NCBI GenBank assembly: GCA_020891255.1
Contig: BQFW01000015.1
Location: forward strand, 1,860,001 to 1,924,000
Source: Entomortierella parvispora E1425
Lineage: Eukaryota; Fungi; Mortierellomycota
DNA length: 64,000 nt
Reading direction: 5' to 3'
In this document: positions 48,352-58,900 of the stretch, piece by piece
How the letters are laid out: the number at the start of each line of letters is the position of its first letter
How positions within the stretch are numbered: position 1 is the first letter of the stretch
Notes under the pieces: generated by a model
Database searches by the model: none
What the model was told of the DNA's origin: nothing
What the model saw: the letters and a program-made list of their open reading frames with translations, nothing else
Translations under genes and position numbers: made by a program

Positions 48352-48774
48352 CTAGCAGTTCTGCCACTGGGCAAAGGTGGCAGGCTTGTACTGGGTGATG
48401 GAGCCATCACCGTTGCTGACCTTCGTCTTCTCGAGCATGACGGATCCAACGATACCGTTCACGCTGCCGAGCTTGCCCCAAGAACTCCATGACGAAGTGG
48501 GGAAGGTGGCAGAGGCCCGGGTGTACTTTCCACCACAGTTGCCAGTCTCATAAAAGGTAAGAGTCATCTGGCTGGCAGAGGAGTCCTGGTTGAGGAAACT
48601 GGCGGATCTTGGCAAGTAAAACTCGGAGACGGTGTAGCAAGTGCCGTACTCGGTCAAGGGAAGGGCCCTGCAGTTACCCTTCTCGTCCTGGAGGTTGAAG
48701 AGCTTGAGCGTCGCGGCGTCCGAAGTGGCGGCCAAGGCGATTGCGGAGACAGCGGCAAGGATAGAGAACTTCAT
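48352..48774 (-). CDS. Small secreted 4-Cys protein (140 aa), unknown function
   Basis: Intronless ORF; signal peptide MKFSILAAVSAIALAATSDA; Cys at 35, 46, 80 and 140; strong C/G-ending codon bias; TATA box upstream. Confidence 0.85.
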   Translation of the reverse strand: MKFSILAAVSAIALAATSDAATLKLFNLQDEKGNCRALPLTEYGTCYTVSEFYLPRSASFLNQDSSASQMTLTFYETGNCGGKYTRASATFPTSSWSSWGKLGSVNGIVGSVMLEKTKVSNGDGSITQYKPATFAQWQNC

Positions 48775-48858
48775 TTTTTAAAAAGTGGAAGGAGTGGTCG
48801 AAGGAACTTGTGGTGAAGAGTTGTGTGGATGAGAAGAAAAGCTGGAAACACCACGCGC

Positions 48859-48865
48859 TTTTATA
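48859..48865 (-). promoter_or_regulatory. Putative TATA box (TATAAAA) of the small secreted protein gene
   Basis: TATAAAAG about 85 bp upstream of ATG 48774, followed by a pyrimidine-rich leader. Confidence 0.55.
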
Positions 48866-49488
48866 CTTCTTCTGGACCTCCTCATTTCTTTGCTGCAGCA
48901 GACTGTTGATCTGCCTGTTGCCGGGGGGTAACTGACCAATTCATTCTCCGTCCGCGATTCGTCCAATCGAAGATTAGGATCCAGGTATAGGTCTTTTGAT
49001 ACCTAGGCCGCCTATGTGTAACCGAGCATGCCACACTGTTCTGGGCTCTTTCCCGGAGAGTCAAAAACCAAGGACCATGTTCAGTTGAGGGCGAGGGATA
49101 CAGGGTTGATACCAGTATACCAGTCAACGGGAAACATGCTTTGTCTGTAACAACGGGCATTCGCTCAAAGGATGATCGTTACACAGTTTGGCCAAGAAAG
49201 TGATCCGAGTCCGACACTTTGCAAACCCTTCCAGGTGCGCGGAGTCTAGGTGACGGAGCTCTGTTTTTTCTCAATAACGAGCACTTTATAGGCACATGGC
49301 TGCATGAGTGTCGTGGATATCAGACACCTTCAGAGAGGCAAAGTCCTTGTTGGATTGACTTGTAAAAAGAAAAAAAAAACCCCCACTCTTCATCGTCACC
49401 GAATCGCCCTTATAGTACCCAAGGGGCCATAGATGCACCCCTAGGATTCTTAATGTCTATTGTTGGCCATTCTGGAGAAAATACAACC

Positions 49489-49519
<31 letters not shown>

Positions 49520-51388
49520 TCTGCAAACACCTTTGCGGGTATGAGTAAGGCTCATAAAGACATGATTTTGCATAGGATGGTATTCTTTCGATCTTTTGAC
49601 TACTTCTTCGCCAGATGCTCTTGCTTCTCTTTGCTAGTGCATCTGGAGCAAACATTTTGAGAAAGTTGAGAGACAGAAGGCAACCTGATTTCTTTGCATT
49701 GGCATGCCAAGACATGCACGCCAAGCCAAGAAATGAGGGCGAATATTTGGAGCCGCACCGTGAATTCAGTAGAGTTTGTGGTCAGCCAAATGCACAAAAG
49801 GGGGCTCTTTAAAATTCTTTCAAATTGTCCAGAGGCACCAGTGGTTGATATCAGACAAAGTGTAACTTCGGCCTCGCCTCTTGAAGTGGGGAGCTGCACA
49901 CTATAGGAACCAATAGTATGTACGAGGGGAGTTCAGGAAATTTGAGAGATATCTGGAAGCTGACCCAGGTTCAAAAGCACTGGATCCTTATTTTTTTTGG
50001 TTGTCAGTGGAGTCAGTGGCGTACGGACATGTCCCGCGGAAGGAGCCCATCTTCGATGACTTGGACGCCAAGGAAAGATTGAAGTCCAGTCATAATTCTA
50101 GCAACCAATGTGGGCGAAAAGATGGTCGGGAGGGTGAGGTGTTTACTTTATGGCTCTGGCGAGCTCATGGATGATTGCATTTCTAAAGTAGCCATGACAT
50201 TCTTGTTCTTCGTGTTCTGGTTGACAGTTGAGGCGTGCATCATTCTGTCTTCCATTTATTATCCTTTCTCTCTTGACCATATCTCTTGATCGGGTAAAAT
50301 CCTGACTCAGACGCGTCTTCCTACAATTACTGCAATGGTTCGCGTCTTGTCCAATGCGCAGAAGTCACCACAGCAGTACGTTGTTCACACCAGTTCAGTC
50401 CAACAAGAGTCGCGTCAGTATTTTTTTTTTCCTTGTCAAGGGTTCCCCTCAGGTGCGGGGTTTATTGTCAGCACACAAACGCTCGCGGGTTTCGCGACCC
50501 AGGACCTCATGGCTGGAATCAACTGGCACAATACAGATAGCAAAGCCAGGTCCAGTCTCCCGACTCGTTCGTCACTAGTCTCCAAGAATGATGTTCATCT
50601 GCCTTGGGGGGGTTTTTTTTTTTTTTTTCGACCGACACTCTCTGTCAGGGTTTATTGGTTGCTTTGGGGGATACTATTTCTCGCTGGTCAGGATGTTCCT
50701 GTTTGTCCCGGAAACTAGAAGGGGGCATTCCGTGTATAGTCTTCCGCAAGTCTGCCTTGGTCGTCCTTTGTCGTCCGGGTCCTTGTTCTCCTGTCTTGGC
50801 TCGGCATTCGGCTTGGCTCTCTCCTGTATGACCTGATTCGGCGCGTATACATCTGGCTCCCTTGTGATTCTCTGCGGCCCTCGAGTGGTTGCGATTTGAA
50901 ATTGTAATTGTAACTCCTCTCTCAATAGATTTCCCCCTATAACCGTACTAGCTGGAGTGTGCTCTGACAGATCCGAGTGAACAATACAGAGAAGATCTCC
51001 TCGCAGCCGACCGGGACATGAAGCCTAAGCAGATCAGAACGAACTCTTAGGAGGGAGTCCAAACCCCTGCTACCCACTGCCCGAAGATATATTTATCCAG
51101 CCCCCCCCCTGTCGAAATTCAATCGCACCAAGTTGAATTCGAACCATAAAGTCCACGGTACTGATCTCTGGAAGCTTCGCGTGTTAACCAAAACGCTCAG
51201 GTTCGCCCGCCCATCACACGCTTGCCTTGGTACCTCGCGACCTTGTAAACGGCCTCGCGTCCGCATCGATTTATATTTGGCAGAGCTATTATTGACCGAT
51301 CTCTAATTGACCGATCTATATTTGAATGAACCTTATTTGAATAGGTCAATTTATAAGTAACAATTTATCACGTGTTAATATCTGAAAA

Positions 51389-51459
51389 GCGTGGTTGGTT
51401 TAGTGGTATAATTACCGCCTGCCACGCGGTAGACCCGGGTTCGATTCCCGGACCACGCA
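51389..51459 (+). tRNA. tRNA-Gly (GCC), intronless
   Basis: Acceptor stem GCGTGGT/ACCACGC; anticodon arm ACCGC-CTGCCAC-GCGGT; T arm CCGGG-TTCGATT-CCCGG; followed by T runs (Pol III terminator). Confidence 0.97.
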
Positions 51460-52314
51460 ATCTTTTGTTTTTCAACTTTTTTTTTTAAAAATTTTTTTTA
51501 GGTCAGGGCTGTTTGGTGAAACTTTTGGATTCCCAGGTCCACTAAAAAGATAAGCATACTTTTTTGGGGGGGTGGGGGGAACGGTCGAATTGTCGATGCA
51601 TCCACGAAGAGGTTTTACATATTCCTCCAGGAATGCACAAGCGGAAGCGCTTCGTGCAAAGCGATCGATAAGCAGGGAGGAATGTGTGTAGTCTCACTCA
51701 TCTCCAGTGTACGTTTTCACTTTTACCTTCTCGTGGTACTCGAAAACATCATTGGCCACCTATTTTCTTTCAGACTGGGGGGCTGGGAACAATGTGAACC
51801 CGGAAAGTAGTATTGGAGGCGTTGGCGCCAAGCTAATAAGGCCGGATGATCTCTCAAACTTCTGCACTTGCTGAGCTTGCTCGAAGAATTGAAACGCGTT
51901 TTTTTTCTTGCGTGCAGAAGTTTAGGGGAACCACGATTGCCAATGTGTCTAAACAGTAAGGAGAAAGAAAGAAGAAAGAAGAGATACGCATGCCGCTCTG
52001 ACAGTCAAGGAAGCAACAAAGGAGAAAGTGCTAATCCTTGGATGCGCGCCAAAATATTAAAAAGACACAGTGGGGATCGGAGAATTGTTCGCGTTCCTCC
52101 TCTCCTCTATTTGTAGAAGAAGCATTAAAAAAAGGGGGCTTTTTTTTTTTTTTTTTTTTAGAGTACAAATGGAAGGGTAACTTTTTTCATGACGAATATT
52201 TGACAAGGGGGGGGGGGGGGGGGTAAATAAGTATGGATGATATGTACGATGAAGAGATGACAGATGACATGACAGAAAAAAAAAGTATCGAGCTACAATA
52301 GTGCTAAATCTGTT

Positions 52315-53968
52315 CTATTCGCCAGGCTCACCGACGATCGATCCAAGGCCACCTGGGATGTTGCTTCCAATGTCACCAATCTATGAGAAAAGAAAGAAAA
52401 TTGATTAGAAACCTGTTGAATGACTCTCATCCTCTCCTCCTACGTGATTCTAGATAATAATGATCACACTTACGTTTGCGGGACAGGGGAAGTTGACGTG
52501 TTGGTTATTGATGGGGATACCAATGGGGAAGATGACCCTGATGGTCAGCTTGAGGTCATAGTCAAGCGTGAGCCCAGTAGCTGGCTGGCCACCTAGAATA
52601 CCGCACTTGTTGAGGATGTCGTTTATAACGGTCAGGTGAGGGTCTGACTGACGGTCGTATGCGGCCGCAATGGGGAAGTTGATGGTGCGGTTCGAGTGAG
52701 CGGGGAATTCAACGTTCTTCAAAGTGCCGCCACCAAGCGAGGGTCCAAAGCCAGGGTAGTAAGCCTAGATAAGTGAGCAAGAATGAGTATAAAGATAAAC
52801 AAAAGCACAGAGCTCCCCACTCCCCACTGGATGGTGCGGCGCAATAAAACGGGCAGGCGCTCTGTGACACTGTATGCCGCAAAATGCCCAGAAGGGCTGT
52901 CCGTTTCCAGTTTTGTTTGTTTCTGGACATGTTTGTATCCAGCCCAACAGCCCCTTCTCGCCCGTCTTGTGTCCCATATCCAATGACTGTGCTTGCCTGC
53001 AGGGTGAGCATGCGCGGCAGTGCGACACCGCCCTTTTTTTACCCCCAGCTAACCTGTCTCTCCTTTTTTTTTTGTTCCATCGACGTGATCAAACAGAAGA
53101 AACGAGGCAAAGCCATTTTTTTTGTTTGATGACTTACAGTTGCAACAATCGACTCGAAGTTAAAGCCAAGAGGATTGGGGTTCTTGACCATGATCTGTGC
53201 AGTGAGATTGACTGAGAATGTTGTGTTGCCGGCGCCCAGCTGGAACAGGGGATCACCCTGCATACCAAGGTAGTTGACGGTGGGCAACTTGAAGACTGTC
53301 ACGATCACAATGGCCAGGATAATGATCACAAGAAGGAGAACCAGACAGATGCAGCAAGTGAAACGACCGCAGGTCGAGCGGATGCAAGGGAAGCAAGGAA
53401 GGTACTTTGACTTTTCCTTTTGGTACTTGACCCGAGTGACGCCACTCTTGCTTCTCGTCAGACCGTCGCTCGTCTCCATATCAGAATGAGGACGCATCGG
53501 TGCCGTGTCATTCGAGAGCGAGGGACGGTCTTCATCATATCCGTTGTAATAGTTGGGCTCCTGTTGGTAGTAGGAGCTTGGGTTGTGCTGACCCTGGTAG
53601 TTTTGGTTGTAGTAGTCGCTGTTGTAGGTATCACGAGGGTTGCCCTGACTGGTGGGGAGGTGCTGCATCGCAAAGGTGCCAGCCACTGCGCCTGCGGGGA
53701 GGGTCTTTTCTGATAATGCAGGGGAAAGAGCGTGTTCCTGGGTGGAGTGAAGGGAAGACTGGTTGTAGTCGCCGTTGGAGGAGCTCTTGTAAGAGGACTT
53801 TGGCATGTATTCAGGGTTGTAGGGGTTGTTGTAAGGCTGGTTCTTCTCGTACTCGTTTTGAACAGGATCGTCGTCAAAGGGCGAGCTGATGTGGTTTGTG
53901 GAGTCTTGGGTCGAGTAGAGGGGCTTTGTGGCGCGAGAGGTGGCAGGGGGTGAGTTGTTGTACGCCAT
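52315..53968 (-). CDS. Single-pass membrane protein with C-terminal LEA_2-like domain (multi-exon)
   Basis: MAYNNSPP... disordered N-terminus; Cys-rich TM (CCICLVLLLVIILAIVIV); VKNPNPLGFNFESIVAT|AYYP...GGGTLKNVEFPAHS...INFPI, matching the LEA_2 NPN signature; Cys pair DILNKCG...FPCP. Confidence 0.7.
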
Positions 53969-54084
53969 GGCGCTGGGGAAGAAGAGAGGGCGCGAGAGAG
54001 TACGTGTTGGTCGAGAGTGGAAGGAGGAGAGGGATGCAACGGTCAGGGTGCAGGAAGCAGGGAAGATGAGGGAGGAAAGGAGGA

Positions 54085-54132
54085 AAGGAGGAAGGAAGGA
54101 AGGAAGGAAGGAAGGAAGGAAGGAAGGGAGGA
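54085..54132. repeat. (GGAA)n microsatellite
   Basis: Run of ggaaggaaggaa... upstream of the LEA_2-like gene. Confidence 0.8.
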
Positions 54133-54821
54133 TGAAAGGACGGAACGAAAGGGAGAGAGAAGGAAGAAAAAGAGAGAAGGAAAGAAAGAAGAAGGGACGG
54201 CAGACAGAATGAGATAACAGGAAGGGACCTTTTATCTGGGAAGAGAAAGCAGAAGCTGAAAGCAAGATGAAAAAGGACCGCCCCGCCTCGAGTTGTGAGT
54301 TGTGTGCCCTGGGCGTGGTGTGTGTCGTCCAACATTGGGTTCAATAATGAAATTTGCGATATAAATAGACGGATGGGCAGGACTTGTTTGTGCCTGTTGT
54401 TGTCTCTCTCTCCTCACTCTTGGTTCTGTCGACGGATCATGGTTGCACCCCACAGCCCTCTTTGGCCAGAGCTTTGACTTCACTCATCGTGCGGATCATT
54501 TCCTTGTCTCTGCGAGACAGGTCATCCTTCCTTTCGTGTGTGCTCTCATCTCCTTTTTATGGATCTGCATTTTGTGTCGCCTCCCTGGCGCGAGGTGGCT
54601 GCAGCGTTGCCGTTTCTGGTTGCTCCCAGGAAAGCCCAAAACCCCAGAGAGCATCGCCACCAGCCACACACACAAAGCACATATACAATCAATGTGGACA
54701 CTCACACACGCACCGCACTCGCATGGAATGCCAAAAGACCTCGATATGTCATCATGATGAGGCGTTTGATTCTATTTTATTCGGCAAGGTATGATTTATG
54801 AATTGAGCTTGTCTATGTTCT

Positions 54822-55394
54822 TCAGGTCGAGGATGTTGAGGTTGGGGTGATTGGAAGATTTGCGGCCACCTTTTCGAACAATTCCGCTTCTTCCTTGGCG
54901 ATCTCTTCCAGTTCCTCGGCGCTCTGAAGACCCTTGGTCTCCTTTCGAAGCTCGTAAAGCTGTCCAAGCTGCTGATCCGTCATCTTGTCCAAGAGAGCGG
55001 GGTCTAGCTTCTTTCCAAAGGGCTTACCAGAAGCCACAAGGCGCTCCAACGCAGATTCCCGACTTGAATCTGTGGTGGATGCTGAAGTGGTGGTGGTAGT
55101 CGAAGTGGCAGTAGATTTGGTTGTTGCTGAAGCGGCTGCAGATTTGGTGGCGGTGGTAGTGTTGGTGGTCGCTTGAGGGGCTGCGGAGAGAACATGGTTC
55201 AGATAGTCTTGCCACTGCTCCAGAAAGCCTACAATATACAACGGGTTGTCGACATTCTTGTGACGGTGGAACTCGGCCTTGACATAACCATCTCCAAGAA
55301 TGCGAAACTGGGGAGGCAGATGGAATCTGTGGGCACGGAGGATCTGGCGGTAGAGGCTCAATGGAGGAATGAGAGTCCTTTGTGGAGAAGCCAT
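54822..55394 (-). CDS. SDH7: Succinate dehydrogenase assembly factor 3 (Sdh7/Acn9, LYR family)
   Basis: LYRQILRAHRFHLPPQFRILGDGYVKAEFHRHK..DNPLYIVGFLEQWQDY; GKKLDPALLDKMTDQQLGQLYEL; a T/A-rich insert lies in between. Confidence 0.92.
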   Translation of the reverse strand: MASPQRTLIPPLSLYRQILRAHRFHLPPQFRILGDGYVKAEFHRHKNVDNPLYIVGFLEQWQDYLNHVLSAAPQATTNTTTATKSAAASATTKSTATSTTTTTSASTTDSSRESALERLVASGKPFGKKLDPALLDKMTDQQLGQLYELRKETKGLQSAEELEEIAKEEAELFEKVAANLPITPTSTSST

Positions 55395-55960
55395 GACTGA
55401 ATGTGAATAAATGGAAAATAAAAACGAAAGAAGCGAGAGAGAAAAGAAAAGGGAGGCCAAGTTGCAATCTTGGTTCGTATGCAAGGGACAATGAAGGAGG
55501 GCGAGAGAGAAAGAAAGGCCAGCGACAGAGACAGAGAATCCCGAGAAGAGTGAAGAGCGGATCTCGCCACCATGTCATTGTTCGGAGTGAACAGAGAGAA
55601 GAGCAAGCACGTGACACACGGACTGGGTCTGCAATCTGCATCCCTTGCCGGCGGAACCACCACGTCATTGCAGGGTACTGGTGCACTGGGAAAGTGCCAA
55701 GGAAAGAAAGGGCAAAGAGCGAAGGGTCTTTCTTGTCTGTTTGTGTGTGTGTGTGTGTGTGCCCCCTTCTCGTTCCTTCCTCAAAAGGAGACGCGTTTCT
55801 TTCCATTGGTTGACTCTTCTCTTTATTCCTCCCACTCTTTTTCATTTCTCTACTTCACTCCACTCCACTCTACTCAACACACACTGACAACACCCACTCG
55901 CTCTTCCACGCTCATTCACCCTCAGCTCTCATTTCTCACTCCCTCCCCTCGCCACCGACC

Positions 55961-58900
55961 ATGGACGCGTCCAGGCAGAAACGGTCGCGACCCAGTCTGA
56001 TGACGAGAATCTCATCCGCCCTCCTGCTCGTCTCTTGCATCCTCACCCCTGCCAAGAACCTTGTCCACGCTGGCACCAACGACATTGTCGTGACAGAAAG
56101 AGAATTTGACCATGGCCCCTCCGAATTCAGCTTCTTTGCCGATTCACCCGTACGTCGACTTTTGAAAACGCCCCCTGTTCGGCTCTGTCTATCTATGCTT
56201 TATCTGTGCAGTACATCTGTTCAACAAGGCGGCGACTAACATCTCTTTGATTTACTCAGGTCATTCTTTATCGAGACATGGGCAGAAATGTGTTCCGATC
56301 CGCAGACGAAGGAAAGAACTGGGACAGAATCACGGACGTCCCCGAGGAGACTGTAACCGACATGGTCCTGCATCCCTTTGACAAGAACGTTGTATGTGTT
56401 TGGCCTTTGTTGTTTTGATTCGAAAGAATGCCAGTCGATACAGTTCAGTTGCTGACCGCTCGGTTTTTTGTTTGCTACGTGCTTGATCTTATCCCTAAGG
56501 CCTTCATCCTGACCAAGAGCAGGACTCACTTCCGGACATCAGATCAAGGTGCAACTTGGAGGAAGTTTGAAACCGAATTGCCCCCTATCGAGGAGAACTA
56601 TGTCATGTCCTTTCATGCTACAAGACCAAACTGGATCTTGATCGCTGTCACTTCTTGCAATGGCAGGGGAGATTGCCATGACGAGGTTCGTTAGGATTGA
56701 TGCGGGATTGATCAGTCTGAGAAACTACAGTCTGAGGTTGTTGACATTTCTTTTTATCTTTCACTTGCACAGACATACTACACGCGCGATGGATTCGACT
56801 CGCCACCAAAGAAGCTCCTCTCTTACACTAGCAAGTGCGAGTGGGCCGTTTCCAGCTCCAATTTCGACGAGGCACCAGTAGAGTTGATTCACTGCCTCCA
56901 GAGCAAGACTGGAACAGAGGGATCGACGCCACTGGAAGAGGTCCAAATGGTGAAGAGCACAGACTTTTTCGAAACCAAGGAGGTCGTTATCCTTGGAAAC
57001 TTGGATCGTTCAGCCATCGTCAACTTTGTCACTAAGGAGACTTTCATGCTGGCTGCAGAGGTACCAATGCATTCATTGTTGCATCATCTGATTGCTCGAA
57101 CGACCTACTAACTGAGATTTTATATTCTTTGCTTCCAATCGTTTACAGAAACACCTCTCAACAGGAGACATGTCTCTGTATATATCAGAGGATGCAAAGA
57201 CCTGGGCAAAGGCCAACTTCCCGCTAGGCAACGAAAAGGTAAAAGAAAAAAGTCTCCATGAAGTCGATTACCCTAGTAATTTGACAACAAAACTTACAAT
57301 TTTGCCTTACTTTCTTAGTCGTACACTATTCTGGAGTCTACTCCTTACAGCTTGATCGTGGACGTTCAAGCATCCCTCAACGACCCCTTTGGAACACTGA
57401 TGACCAGTAACTCGAACGGAACGTACTTTGTCCGCTCACGGACACACACCAACCGAAATGACCGGGATACTGTCGACTTTGAAAAAGTTCAAAACATTGA
57501 TGGCGTCTACATTGTCAACTTGTTGGACAACCATGAGTCAGCTCCTCGTGATCCTGCAGAGAAGCATCTTCGGACTCAAATCACATTTGATGCTGGAGCC
57601 AATTGGCAGTATATCATGCCACCAGCAACAAAAGATAATGGACGAAGCCATGCCTGTACTCCCAACACGGTACGGCAGCGACAAAAAAACAAGGCATTGC
57701 ACTGGAGAACTGGAGACCAACAAGAGACTGACCAAACCAATGCTTTATTCCCATAGGAAGGAACCTGTAGTCTCCACCTCCACTCAGTAACGAGTGCAAA
57801 GGTTTCGGCGCCTGTTTTCAGCTCTAAAGCTGCCCCCGGAGTCATTATGGGAGTCGGAAGCGTTGGACCTTATCTTTTGCCGTGGGAGGCTTGCGATACC
57901 TATTTGTCTGAAGATGGTGGACTTACCTGGACGTTTGCGCTTGAGCATCCTCACAAGTATGAGTTTGGTGATATGGGCGGCCTCATTGTCGCAGTCAGGG
58001 ATGATAGTATCCCAGTTGGATACTTCCAGTATAGCGCTGATCGCGGTCAATCTTGGTAAGGTGTAGAATGCAATGGATCTTAACTGCATTCATAAGTCCT
58101 TTTTTTAGTGCGTTGTCTTTTGACCTAATTCTTTTGTTCTCCATCAGGCACCAATTCGAGCTCCCCGAAAACATTCGCCCTGCAGCATTGGTTTCTGATC
58201 CAAAGTCCACTTCCCAAAAGTTTTTGCTTTTTGTGCGAAATGCAGGCGGGATCAAGGTGACACAATACCATCTGGATCTCACTAAAGTCTTTGATCGCAA
58301 ATGCGAACGGAATGATGACCACGTCGACCGCTCTGATTTCGAGAAATGGTACGCACGCAACATCCGCAACAACCCCGATTGTCTAATGGGAGCCAAAACC
58401 TGGTACTGGCGCAGAAAGGCGAACGCCGAGTGCATGGTGCAAGAGTCTTTCAAGGAGCCATCCATGACGGAAGTAATCTGCGAATGTACGGACGAGGATT
58501 TCGAATGCGACTACAACTATGTTCTCAAGGATGGCGTATGCGTGCTCGAAGGCAAAGAAATGATGAAGGATGGTGCCTGCACCAAGGAAGGTGACACCTA
58601 TCTTGGCTCATCTGGATACCGCAAAGTCCCAGGAAACAAGTGCTCGGGAGGCCTGAAGAAGGACGAACCAAAGACAAAGCCCTGCGTCCTCGAGGATGCG
58701 CCCACAGAGATCGGCCACACGCTCACAAAATTCAACTCACCAATGCTCACTGGGTTCCAATACTTTATCAAATCATCAGTCGTCATGTTTATGTCCGAGG
58801 CGAGGGAAATTTGGCGCAGTACCGACGATGGATTAACCTGGACCAGGACTTTGCCCGATGCCGGAAGATTCTTTAACATTTATCTTCATGACGAGAATGA

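Noticed and set aside
49921-49945. TACGAGGGGAGTTCAGGAAA resembling a mariner terminal inverted repeat
   Set aside because: No matching inverted partner or transposase remnant was found in the window.
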